Positions 24,318 to 36,722 are shown, numbered from the stretch's first letter. The stretch: DNA of 64,000 bases from Mobula hypostoma (GCF_963921235.1 NC_086108.1:107076001-107140000); one strand, 5' to 3'. Program-made: numbers and translations. The notes: generated from the sequence alone by a model not told the origin.

Positions 24318-24963
24318 AGTGCAGCAGACCCTAGAAGACCTGTGATGGTAGAGGGTAAAATGAACGCAGCAAAATACAGGGAAATCTTGGAGGAAAACCT
24401 GATGCAGTCTGCAAGAGAACTGCAACTTGGGAGGAGATTTGTTTTCCAGCAAGACAATGACCCCAAACATAATGCCAAAGCTACACAGAAATGGCTTAAA
24501 ATCAACAAAGTTAATGTCCTGGAGTGACCAAGTCAGCGTCCAAACCTCAATCCAATTGATAATTTGTGGCTGGACTTGAGAAGGGCTGTTCACTTACGAT
24601 CCCCATGCAATCTGAGAGAGTTTGAGCAGTTTTGTAAAGAAGAAAGGGGAAAAATTGCAGTGTCCAGATGTGCAAAGCTGATAGAGACCTATCCACACAG
24701 ACTCAAGGCTGTAATTACTGCCAAAGGTGCATCTACTAAATACTGACTTGAAAGAGGTGAATACTTATGCTATCAATCATTTTAGGTTTTATATTTGTAA
24801 TTAATTTAGATCACTTTGTCGAGACCTGTTTTCACTTCGGCAGGAGCAAGTCTTTTTCTGCTGAATGTCAAAAAAGCCAAATTAAATCTACTGTGGTTCA
24901 ATGTTGTAAAACAACAAAACATGAAGAATTCTAAGGGGGTGTGAATACTTTTTATAGGTACTG
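24318..24963 (+). mobile_element. Tc1-family transposon 3' part: DDE transposase pseudogene plus right TIR
   Basis: FQQDNDPKH, (W>stop)PSQRPNLNPIDNLW and AKGASTKY motifs; ends GTGAATACTTTTTATAGGTACTG. Confidence 0.9.
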
Positions 24964-25470
24964 CATTTCAAACATACATACAGTGAAATTCATTGTTGCA
25001 ACGTTGTATACCCACAACTGGCTAAACCTAACCAAACATCTTTGTAATATTTATTTATTTGGAGATACATTGTGGAACAGGCCCTTCAGGCCCAATGAGC
25101 CATTCTGCCAATAGCCATCAATTACCTTTATCCTAATCACGGTAAAATTTACAATTACCAATTAAACTACCAACCGGTGCATCTTTGGACTGTGGAAGGA
25201 GACTGGAGCACTATCAGAAATCCATGCATTCCACAGGAAGGAAATACAGAGGACACTGGGATTGAACTCCGAATTCTGATCCCCTGAGCTGTAACAGCAA
25301 TGTGCTAACACAGGGGCATTGTACAGCCTCCTTGCAGACAGTGGCAGGAATCAAATCCCAATGTTACAGCTGGTTCTATAAAGCAATTGATGTCCTGCTG
25401 TCTCAATAGCCAATTTCTGTCTTCCAGGACGCTTCCGTTGGCGAAGTTGGTGAGGGACCAGGTCACTCAC

Positions 25471-25617
25471 GGGGCCACTCCCTGAGGGTGGGCAAGTCTT
25501 CCAGGCAGTCCTGGAGAGAGTGAAGCTCTGGGCCGCACAGCCAGTCCAAAAACCCACCACTTGCGAAGAACAGTAGCATAAGTCGTAGATCACAGACTCT
25601 AACAGAACTCCAACCAC
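25471..25617 (-). other. Candidate 147 nt exon of an unidentified transcript
   Basis: Long pyrimidine tract plus CAAG| acceptor; CCC|GTGAGT donor; length divisible by 3; two open frames; no recognised protein. Confidence 0.25.
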
Positions 25618-25767
25618 CTTGAAAAGAAGGGAAGGATATAAGAGAAGAAGAATTGGCTGTTTTCTGGATGAACTAGAAGAAGTTACCTGGGTCTGCAAAA
25701 CCCACTGGCAACCATCTTTCCACATGTATAGACTACAGACTATCTTGATATTCAGATTTCATAGTAT

Positions 25768-25808
25768 TTATTTATCAATCTATCTATCTATCTATCTGTC
25801 TATCTATC
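25768..25808. repeat. (TCTA)n microsatellite
   Basis: Direct reading of the sequence. Confidence 0.9.
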
Positions 25809-26278
25809 CATTTGAAAATTCGATACTGTTTTTATATGTATTGCATTGTACTGTTGCCACAAAACAACAAATTTCACAACATATTTTAGGGTTAGTAAAC
25901 CTGATTCAGATATGGATTCTGCTGAGCAAACTCGATGGGCTGAATGGCCTATTTCTGCTCCTGTGACTTCATGCAATGGGAGGTGGGTACATAGCATGAA
26001 CTTCCAGAGAAAGTGGTTGAGGCAGGGACATTATAAACATTTGAAATACAGCAGTTAGCTGCACAAAATTCTGGAGGAACAGAGTAGGTCAGGTGGCATC
26101 AACGGAGAGGAATAAACAATTAACGTTGTAAGCTCAGACTCTTCATCAGGATCCAAAATATCAAGTATTAATTCTTCTCTGTAGAAGCTGCCTGACCTGT
26201 TGAGCTCCTCCAGCATTTTGCGTGTGCTTCCAGTATCTGTAGAATCTCTTGTGTTTATGGTCAGATAGCTAGATAGGA

Positions 26279-26645
26279 AGGAATGTTGAAAGGGTTGGAC
26301 AGAGTAGATGTGGAAAGGTTGTTTCCCTTGGTGGGTGGGTCCAGGACAAGAGGCCATAGTCTTAGAATTAGAGGGTACCAAGTTAAAACAGAGATGAGGA
26401 GAAACTTTTTTAGCCAGAGGGTCATGGATTTGTGGAATTCGTTGCCACATACAGCTGTGGAGGCCCAATCATTGAGGGTGTTTAAGGAGGAGATTGACAG
26501 GTATCTAATTAGTCAGGGTATCAAGGGATATGGGGAAAAAGCCGGAAATTGGAACTAGATGGGTGAATAGTTTAGCTCATGGGGGAGCTGCGGAGCAGAC
26601 TCGATGGGCCGAATGGCCTACTTCTGCTCCTTTGTCTTGTGAATC
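26279..26645 (+). mobile_element. CR1 3' fragment
   Basis: ORF 26283-26558 RTRGHSLRIRG...FFSQRVMDLWNSLP. Confidence 0.9.
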
Positions 26646-27388
26646 AAGAACCGCTGTCTTGTGGAGTTAAAGAAATATGAGCCAAAGGTAGTAAATTAGG
26701 TGTGGATCTTGGTCTGAATGGATTAGTAGGGCCGAAGGGCTGTTTTCATGCTATTTAACTCTATAACTCTCTTGTTTTAAGAACCACTGCACAGCCGGCC
26801 GTGACCATTCAGTGTGAGCTCCGGTTATGAATATAATCGGGTCATTGAACCCAGGGGCATATTCAAGTTGAAGTTGAAGTTTAATTGTCTTTCAATCACA
26901 CACGAATACCCATGAATCCAGCCAAATGAAGCAGTGTTCCTCCTGGGCCAAGGGGCAGAACACAGTACCGACGGTCATACACAGAACAAGAGCACATATA
27001 CTTAAGATAGCATTAAATACACAGTCACATGCAAATAATATCTCACAGGTCCCTGAGTGTCATGTCCTGCATACTGATGGTGCATGGGATGATGTCGGCA
27101 AGAGCAAGTCCACAGCAGTCCGATTAAGATCAAAGTTCAAAGTTCAAAGTACATACCATATATATCTACTGTTCAACCCTGTTCAAGACTGTGCCAAATA
27201 CAAAAAAAGTAATAAATAAATAGGCTATAAATATCGAGAACATGGGATGAAGTGTCCTTGAAAGTGAGTCCATAGGTTGTAGGAACACAAACACGAGGAA
27301 TTCTGCAGATGCTGGAAGTTCAAGCAACATACACATCAAAGTTGCTGGTGAACGCAGCAGGCCAGGCAGCATCTCTAGGAAGAGGTAC

Positions 27389-27424
27389 AGTCGACGTTTC
27401 AGGCCGAGACCCTTCGTCAGGACT
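27389..27424 (-). ncRNA. Minimal type I hammerhead ribozyme motif (PLE-associated)
   Basis: Reverse complement reads AGTC-CTGACGA-AGGGTCTCGGCCT-GAAAC-GTC-GACT. Confidence 0.7.
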
Positions 27425-27828
27425 AACTGAAGGAAGAGCTAGTAAGAGATTTAAAAGTGGGAGGGGGAGGGAGAGATCCAAAATGATAGGAGAAGACAGG
27501 CGGGGAAGGGATGGAGCCAAGAGCTGGACAGGTGACTGGCAAAAGGGATATGAGAGGATCATGGGATCCTCATACCCCATCCGTTATTTATTTATATACA
27601 CACATTCTTTCTCTCACTCTCTTTTTTCTCCCTCTGTCCCTCTGACTATACCCCCCTCCCCCTTTTCCTTCTCCCTGGGCCTCCTGTCCCATGATCCTCT
27701 CATATCCCTTTTGCCAATCACCTGTCCAGCTCTTGGCTCCATTCCTCTCCCTCCTGTCTTCTCCTATTATTTTGGATCTCCCCCTCTCCCTCCCACTTTC
27801 AAATCTCTTACTAGCTCTTCCTTCAGTT

Positions 27829-27864
27829 AGTCCTGACGAAGGGTCTTGGCCCGAAACGTCGACT
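27829..27864 (+). ncRNA. Minimal type I hammerhead ribozyme motif (PLE-associated)
   Basis: AGTC (stem I)-CTGACGA-A-GGGTCTTGGCCC (stem II)-GAAAC-GTC (cleavage triplet)-GACT (stem I'). Confidence 0.75.
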
Positions 27865-28361
27865 GTACCTCTTCCTAGAGATGCTGCCTGGCCTGCTGCG
27901 TTCACCAGCAACTTTGATGTGTGTTGGTTGTAGGAACAGTTCAGCGTTGGGGTGAGTGAAGTTGAGTGAAGTTTTGCCCTCTGGTTCAGAAGCCAGAACT
28001 GAACTGTTTCTGAACCTGGTGGTGTGGGTCCTGGTGCTCCTGTATCTTCCTCCTGATGGAAGCAGTGAGAAAGCACATGGACTGGGTAATGGAGGTCCTT
28101 GATGATGGATGCTGCTTTCCTGCAACAGTGCTTCATGTAGCTGTGCTCAGTGGTGGGGTAGGCTGAGCTACACAGTCATAATTATAAAGTAGATGGAGCA
28201 GAGGCTAAGCACACTTGTGCTGATGGAGATTGTGGAGGAGATGTTGTTGCCAATCCAAACTGACTGAGGTCTGCAAGTGAGGAAGTCCAGGATCTAATTA
28301 CAGAAGGTGTTATTGAAGCCAAGGTTTTGAAGCTTATTGATTAGTTTTGAGGGAGATGATA

Positions 28362-29120
28362 GGATCCTAAAGGTTAATTTGTAGGTTGAGTCAGAGGTGC
28401 AGATGGCAAATGCAATATTAGTATTAATTTTGAGAGAACTCGAATATATAAGTATGGATGTAATGTTAAGGCTTTATAAGGCACTGATGAGGCCTCACAT
28501 GAAGTGCTGTGAGCAGTTTTCATCCCCTTATCTAAGAAAGGATGTGCTGACATTGGAGAGAGTTCAAAGGAGATTCAAAAAATGATTCCAGGACTTAACG
28601 GATTTTCATACGAGGAGTGTTTGAAGGCTCTAGGCCTGTACTCAGTAGAATTCAGAAGAATGACAAATCTGTGGAATTCATTGTCACAGGCAGCTGTGGA
28701 GGCCAGATCACTGGGTATATTTAAGGTGGAGGTTGATAGATTCTTGAGTAGTCGTGGCATGAAAGGATATGGTGAGAAGCAACACTTTCAGTACGCTGGA
28801 TGAACTCAGCAGGTCGGGCAGCATCAGTTAGAAACGATGAGTCGACGTTTCGGGCCGGAACCCTTCGTCAGGACTGAAGAATGAAAGATGGGGAAGGATT
28901 TGAAGAATGCTTGTAGCTTCAGTTGAAAGACCAGTAATTTGAAAGACAAAGGGGTGGGGGAGGGGAAACATTGACATCATAGCCCTGAAAACAATGGGTA
29001 GTAGAAGGCAGGGTATTGGGGCTGAGAGGGAAATGGATCAGCCATGATGAAATAGCGGACCAGACTCAATGGGGTAAACAGCTGAATCCTGCTCCAATTC
29101 CTGATGGACTTATAGTCTTA
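28362..29120 (+). mobile_element. CR1 3' fragment interrupted by a PLE piece (about 28780-29003)
   Basis: LYKALMRPH..ERVQRRF motifs; 3' UTR resumes after the insertion. Confidence 0.8.
28840..28875 (-). ncRNA. Minimal hammerhead motif in a second PLE subfamily
   Basis: Reverse complement reads AGTC-CTGACGA-A-GGGTTCCGGCCC-GAAAC-GTC-GACT; flanks differ from the 27 kb family. Confidence 0.7.
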
Positions 29121-29552
29121 TAGTACTGAATGTCAAACTGCAGTTGATGAAAAGCATCCTGATGTATGCTACTTTGCTGCCCAGGTGTCCCAGGGTTGAG
29201 TGAAGAGCCAATGAAATGGCACCAGCTGTGGACTTGTTGTGACAGGAGGCAAATTGGAGCAGATCCAGGCAGGAGTTGATATGTTTCATCACCAACCTCG
29301 CAAAGCACTAGGTGATCATTATTGAGGCAGGTTACAATATTCTTCTTAGACAGAAGTATAACTGAAGTTTGTTTGAGGCACGTCAGTACCTCAGGGTGCT
29401 GAAGCGAGAAGTTAAAGATATTGCCGGCTGATCAATACAGGTCTTTCATACTCAGCGAGGTACCCCCTCCGGGACAGAGGCTTTCTGTGGGTTCACACTT
29501 CTGAAGGATGACCTCATGTTGGCCTCAGAGACTGAAATCACGGGGTGATTGG

Positions 29553-29785
29553 TACTGTGTCTTTAATGTTCCAGTAATATTTTAATTATATTGTTTGATT
29601 GAGCATTCCTTGTTTGTTTACATAATTCATTACAGGTTATATGTAAGGAGTACGTGAACAGCACATGTCATTACTCCACCATGTCATATGTGAGCGCCTC
29701 ATTAAAAGTAAAACAAAGTACATGCGTTACCCCAGGCTACAGTGTTTCTCTTTCGATTGGTTTTGGAGTTTAAAAAAACATAACA
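29553..29785. mobile_element. Probable short solo LTR
   Basis: Ends ACATAACA and interrupts a LINE fragment; left end and TSD degenerate. Confidence 0.4.
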
Positions 29786-31536
29786 GCTGGGGCCTGTGGG
29801 AGTTCATCAAGGTGCCTCCAAGTTTTGATGGTCAAAGTAAGTATGGAAGGAATGGAGCTCATTGATGGTGGCTTAATTTTGAGCACCATCGTTCTTGCTG
29901 GGTGAAATGTGGAGTGAGGGTTAAATACACACCTCTCTTCTTGGAAAATTGATAATCAACTCCTTTGGGATAGGAAAAGGGGGAAGGGTTTTTCATGTCT
30001 TCTTTCAGCAACTTGACATTCACAGGAAGGCTGGTAGAATAGTCTATCACATCCTTTCAAAGCAGGCAAAGTGTTCTTGAGGAACATACTGTTCCCTCCA
30101 CAGCTCCGACGAACCCAGGACTGCTTCACATAGCAGTTTGTAGCTGTGTGACTTTTCACGATTCTCACGCTCGTTAGTTACACAGGCACTGTTTTATTTG
30201 TGGAAATCTGGCCCATTTTTAACTCTGGAATTTACTCAAGGGAGAAGTGGATTCCTTGGGTTGGAGAGCTGGCTGGTTTGAATCAATCACCTCCATTTCA
30301 TGCCACCTCCCACCTGACTTTCCGAGACTTTTCCCAGGGCAGAAATGGCTAATATGAGGGGGCATAATTTTACATTGATTGGAGGAAAGTGCAGGGGAGA
30401 TGTCAGAGGTATGTTTTTTACACACAGAGTCCTGGGTGTGTGGAGCACCCTGCCGAGGTGGAAGTAGAGGCAGACACATTAGGGACAATTAAGAGACTCT
30501 TAGATAGGCACATGGATGATAGAAAAATGGAGGGCTATGGAGGGAGGAGGAAGGGGTTAAATTGACCTTAGCAAGGACAGCGCAACATCATGGACCAAAG
30601 AGCCTTTCCTGTGCTGTAACATTTTATATTCAGGTTTTAAGTTCAAGTTCAAGTTTATTGTCATCTAACCGTACACATATACAGCCAAACGAACCGACAT
30701 TCCTCCGGACCACAGTGCAGCCTCAAGACATATATCACACACAGCACATAAAACAAAATATTGCCATAAATAAGTTCATAAAATATAATTCAAAATGCAT
30801 GTAGTGCACAGCACGGGTAAACAGTAAATAGCTCGCTGTCCTAGTGACAAGACCTTGGTGGTGACAGGGTATTCATGAGTCTCACAGCCTGAGGGAAGAA
30901 GCTGTTACCCAGTCTGACAGTTCTAATCCTGATAGCCCTGTACCTCCTCCCTGATGGTAGTAGGTTGAAGAGATTGTGGGATGGGTGGTAGGGATCCTCA
31001 ACAATACTTTGGGCCCTTCATCTATAATGTTCCTGGTGAAAGTCACAAATAGGGGGGAGGGAGGCCTATGCTCTAATATCCTCAGAAACTCTGGTGAAGG
31101 AGAGGAGGGTGGATCTGGATGAGGGATTATCTTTAAACTCATGCCCTAGTGAGCAGCAGGAATTCTACCCTCTTACATGCTTCTGAGATCTGGACTACCA
31201 ATAGAAGGCAAGTGAAGGCACTGTCACTGTCTCCGCAAAATCCTTTGAGTTCACCGGAAGGATAACTGAACTCCATTAAGTGAAGTGGTCATGGAAGTAG
31301 ATAAGGTTGTATCTGCCTTCTTTCATTGATTCCGCTTGTATTATCTCAGAGTACTTAAATTTTGAAATTATCTGTATGGATGATGTACAGAACTAAGTAT
31401 CTCAGTACATGTGACAATAATAAACCAATTCCAATGCCAAGAGGGCAAAAGCTTCACAGGCACACCAGCAGTTCATCCTCAGTGGCAAGTGCCGGCGTCC
31501 ACATTAGAAAATTAGAATAAACTGGTGTGACACATT

Positions 31537-31890
31537 GATGGCGGGGTGGAGATACATCACTACCAAAGGAGGTGTAAGGTGCTTCTTCACTCCACTAGCC
31601 TGGGCAATGTGTAACACCTGCTTAGCCTCCTGATCAGGCTCATGTGAAGCCATGGGTGCAGGTGGTGGATGGTCGTATGAGCAGCTGGTACATATCACAA
31701 GTCCTGGTTTTATGACACGGACGCCAAGCAGACAATCTCTGAAGAGTATTGGTAATGGCTGGGCTCACCCGTCTTGTAAAGTCATGGCCCAGAAGAAAGC
31801 AATGGCAAACCACTTCTGTAGAAAAATTTGCCAAGAACAATCACGGTCACCATGATCCCCTATGTCACGTAACACAACATGTAACGATAA
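31537..31890 (+). mobile_element. RTE-derived non-autonomous short element
   Basis: Colinear with 4515-4861; contains GCAATGGCAAACCACTTC; (ATG)n-like tail. Confidence 0.7.
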
Positions 31891-32655
31891 TGATAAGTGT
31901 AACATGAGTACAATAAGACGGACTCTTGGCCTCACAGGCTACCTCATCAAGGCCTTGCTCCTTACTGCCTGCCCACACCGCATTTCCTCTTTAATTGTAG
32001 CTCTTTATTCTGCATTCTGTTACTGTTTCCCCCTGTACTACGTCAATGCACAGTTGGGATGGAATGATCTGTAATGACAGCATGCCAAAACAAAAGATTT
32101 TCACTCTTTACGTGTGACAATAAAAAGCCAATTTCCATCCTGCTCCTCTTTGACATCCTATTGCCTGACACTGTTACTGATTAAGTTGTATCGGTTAACA
32201 CTCTGACCAATTGATCTTTAAAGAGATAGAGATTTAAAGATTAGCTTTATTTGTCACACTACATCGTAACATACAGTGAAATCATCGTTTGTGTCAAATC
32301 AGATCAATGAGGAATATGCTAGGGGCAAACTGCAATTGCTGTCACACATCCTATGCTAACACGGCATGCCCACAGCTCACTAACCCTAACCCATACATCT
32401 TTGCAATGTGGAAGGAAACCGGAGCACCCAGAGGAAACCCACGTGATCATGGGGAGGAACAGGTTCAGGAACAGCTTCGATTCCGCTGCTATAAGACCAT
32501 TAAGTGGTCCACCTGCATGATAAGATAGACTCTTGACCTCACTATCTGCCTCGTCATGACCTTGTACCTTATTGTCTACCTGTCTGCATGCTCTCTGTAA
32601 CTATAACACTTTATTCTGCATTCTGTTATTCTTTTCCCTGTACTAACTGAAGGAA

Positions 32656-32984
32656 GTGGGCACATGGCCAAGTGGTTAAGGCATTGGACTAGCAACCTGA
32701 AGGTCGTGAGTTCAAGCCCCAGCCGAGGCTACGTGTTGTGTCCCTGAGCAAGGCACTTAATCACACATTGCTCTGCGATGACACCGGTGCCAAGCTGTAT
32801 GGGTCCTAATGCCCTTCCACCCTTCCCTTGGACAACATTGGTGTCGTGGAGCGGGGAGACTTGCAGCATGGGCAACTGCTGGTCTTCCATACAACCTTGC
32901 CCAGGCCTGCGCCCTGGAGAGTGAAGACTTTCCAGGTGCAGATCCATGGTCTCGCAAGACTAACGGATGCCTTTATTTTTATTA
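32656..32984 (+). mobile_element. Full-length tRNA-derived CORE-like SINE
   Basis: A box TGGCCAAGTGG, B box GAGTTCAAGCC, CORE-like GTGTCCCTGAGCAAGGCACTTAA; TSD TAACT(G/C)AAGGAA. Confidence 0.85.
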
Positions 32985-35900
32985 TAACTCAAGGAAATGA
33001 TCATGATCGACTCCATCTCTTGCCAATCTTGCCAATTAAAGCACTGAGGAATCATCGAGACGAATGAGGAAGGCAAGTGAACGTTCACCATCATCGACCA
33101 GCCTCTTGCTCACCTCTGCCAGAGAAAGGTGTGTCTGCATGTGACGGTCTCTCTCTCCCTCTCACTTGCTGCTCCCGAGGGAAGGCCCTTGTTTTATACT
33201 TTCCTCCAATCATCTTAAAGTTATGCCCTCATAGAGCTGTATTGAACTTGGAGTTCCGTATAAACTTTTGGTCACACCGTTACAGGAAGATGTGAATGCT
33301 TTGGAAAGCGTCTATGAGAGGTTTATTAGGATGTCACCTTGATTAGAAGAGGATGGATAAACTTGAGTAGTTTTCTCTGGAACATTGAACACCTAAAGGA
33401 GATCTTATGGAAGCTAATAAAATTATGGGTGCTGTATATAACTTTGACAATCAGAATTTTTCCCATAGTAAAAATATCAAATACCAGAGGACAGGCATTT
33501 ACTTATTTTTTATTTCATTTAGATTTACAGAACGGTTACGACCCCTTCCAGCTGAAAAAATCTGCGCTACCCAATTGCACTCATGTGACCAATTAACCTA
33601 TTAACCCGTATGTCTGGACTGCACGAGGAAACCGGAGCACCTGGAGGAAACTCACACAGTCACAGAGAGAATGTACAAGCTCTTTCCAGACAGCTGTGGG
33701 TATTAAACACTGATTACTGGCTCTGTAACGGTGTTATACTAACCACTACGCTACCGTGGAGTCCTGCAGTGAGCGGTGAAATTTTAAAGGAGATATGTGG
33801 GACAGGTAGAAAATTAAGATACAAGGAGTGTGACAATGTAGAACACGAGATCAAGAATTCATCTTTTTAGTACAAAAGATCTTAAAACACCGAGCTAGAA
33901 GCAGTTTTCGAGCCACGTGGGATGCACTTTCAAACTTTGGTATCTTCTACCCAATGAAAGACAGGGGAAAAGAGAGAGTGACTGGGGTGGAAGGGAATTT
34001 TGATCATGTCGTCTACTTTCTGAAGGCAGCAGGAAATGAAGACAGTGTCAGTCGAGGGAAGGATGGTGTTTGTAATGGACTGAGCTACCTTCACACATAT
34101 CTACAGTTCCTTGTGGCCTTAGACAGAGAAGTTGCCATACCAATTAGTGATACTTGCATATAATATGTTTTCTATGGTGCACCTGTAAAAATTGACAAGA
34201 ATCAAAGCCTTCAGAGGAAGTGGAGGTGCTGGTGTGTTATCTAGATCATAGTGTCTACATGGTTGATTAAGACAAGCTTTTGGTAATGTACCTAGGAACT
34301 TGAAGTTCAACCATAGATGCTGCTTGACCTGGTGAGTTCCTTCAGCATTTTGTGTGTGTTGCTCTGGATTTCCAGCGTCTTCAGAATCTCTTGTGTCCAC
34401 AGAATCATCACCTTCTATTCAAAGAAATTCCTCCTCATTTCTGTTCCGAAGGGATGTCCTTGCTTTCCGAGGCTGTGCCTCTAGTCCATCAGTTAGGTCT
34501 CAACCACCTCCAGCTCAACGCCATTGATACAGACAAGGGCCCCATTTCCCGAAGTCAATGAGAGTCTCCTTCATTTTGCTGACATCGAGGGAAAGATTGT
34601 TACTTTGACAGCTGACACTGAGGGAAAGGTTTCTGCCTGGACTGGATATCCACTTAATCAATATACTGAGAAACTGCATGGACGCCAGTCAGTTGTCCTT
34701 GCTTGGAAAACCTTTTACAACAAGGCAGACACAATTATAACATTGTGCAACAAATCCCTAAAGCAGCAGGAACAACCTGGGTAAAACCTCAAAGATTTAG
34801 CCCTAATGTGGGCTTAACTAGAAGAATATGAGTGCGAATCTGAATATGATTAAAGCAGACTGTAAGTGGACCTGGAAATGAAATAGCAGTCAATAAAGGT
34901 ATGATTTACAGTGGGCAATAAGACAGAATTTCTGTATAAAAACCTGAAGCTTAAATAACACTAATAGCCTAGATTTATTTCCACAATTTTCTCTAAATTG
35001 GTTTCAACTGAAATTTCCCAAGACTGCGTGCTGTAATATTCTGTGCTTGAAGTCACAGGGGATTCCCTGCTTATGAGTGCTGTTCAGAGAGAAACCACTT
35101 CAGACTGAAGCACGCCACTGTATTTATTTTTCCTGGATTATTTGTGGTTATTAAAAGTCTTTGTCATTCAGCAATGCTGACACTTGAGTAATCGTCGCTT
35201 TTGTAAGTCACTTTCATCCAGCCCACTTTTCATTAATTGTGAAGTGAACTGTACTTGGGTCAGGCGAGATGAATGCAAAGGGAAACTGCATGCATGAAAA
35301 TATCTTTCCCTCAGCAACCTTGCCTCGCTCATGATGCTGTTTCATAGTCTGTTGTTCATTGTAATTTCTTGTCTGAAAATAAAACACAGACGGGCAAATT
35401 GATAAAGAATATTTCACATTCTTTCACAATGAGCTTTATACTCAACAAAAACCATGTTCAGCAAATGGGGCAGCCAATCTTCACATAGTGAGCTCCCACT
35501 TATAGAGGGTGGTAAATCTCTGGAATTCTCTACCTCAGGCAGTTGTGAAGACTGGATCACTGGAGGTAGTTAAAGAGATGTTAGATTTTTTTTTGAAAGA
35601 TTAGAGAGCTCAAGGCATGTCCACGTCGACACTTAACAATTTTTATTGACTCAAATTTTTCGGCCCAAAACGTCGACTGTGCTTTTTTCCATATGTCCTG
35701 CTTGGCCTGCTGAGTTCCTCCGGCATTTCGTGTGTGTTGATCAGCTTATCCATGTCGACCTTTACCAAATTTTATGAGTCATAGAGTCATAGAAAACTAC
35801 ATCAAAGGGACAAGTCTTTCGGCCCGTCTAGTCAGAATCCGAATCAAGGTTAATATCACTGGCATATGTGCGGGAAGTCGTCTTTGTGGCAACAGGACAA

Positions 35901-36015
35901 TGCAGTACATAAAAATAGAGCAAAAACACAAATTAAAGTAAGTATATAAATGTTAAATAGTTAAACTAAATAAGTAGTGAAACTCTCTGCAGCTTATTTC
36001 GACACTGTGCAGTAC

Positions 36016-36722
36016 CACCAGCCCCCCGCCACCATTCCCACCCACCCCCACCATTCCCACACCCCCGCCACCATTCCCACACGCCCCCGCACACCACCCA
36101 CCTCCACCATTCCCACACCCCCCGCCACCATTCCCACACCCCGCCACCATTCCCCCACCCCCGCACACCATTCCCACCCCCCCGCCACCATTCCCCCACC
36201 CCCGCACACCATTCCCACACCCCCGCCACCATTCCCCCACCCCCCGCCACCATTCCCACACGCCCCCGCACACCACCCACCTCCACCATTCCCACACCCC
36301 CGCCACCATTCCCCCACCCCCCGCACACCATTCCCACCCACCCCCACCATTCCCACCCCCCCGCCACCATTCCCCCACCCCCCGCACACCATTCCCACAC
36401 CCCCGCCACCATTCCCCCACCCCCCGCACACCATTCCCACCCACCCCCACCATTCCCACACCCCCACCACCATTCCCCCCCCGCACACCACCCCCCACCA
36501 CCATTCCCCCCCCACACACCACCCCCCGCCACCATTCCCACACCCCCCGCACACCACCCACCCCCACCATTCCCACACCCCCGCCACCATTCCCACCCAC
36601 CCCCACCATTCCCCCACCCCCCCGCACACCACCCACCCCCACCATTCCCACACCCCCCGCCACCATTCCCACCCACCCCCACCATTCCCCCACCCCCCCG
36701 CACACCACCCACCCCCACCATA
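36016..36722. repeat. C/A-rich minisatellite (about 17-21 bp variable units, CCACCATTCCCACACCCCCG)
   Basis: Direct reading; embedded in a minus-strand Rex1-like fragment. Confidence 0.95.

Larger units (their letters stand above)
27288..27925. mobile_element. Fold-back Penelope-derived insertion with two hammerhead cores
   Basis: 13 bp TSD GGTTGTAGGAACA (27275-27287, 27926-27938); inverted arms of about 237 bp (27331-27566 / 27687-27925). Confidence 0.9.

Noticed and set aside
27309..28136. Mirror-image ORFs of 173 and 182 aa
   Set aside because: Chance ORFs duplicated by the inverted arms of the PLE element
32656..32730. tRNA gene
   Set aside because: It runs directly into a SINE body, has a TSD and occurs in several copies
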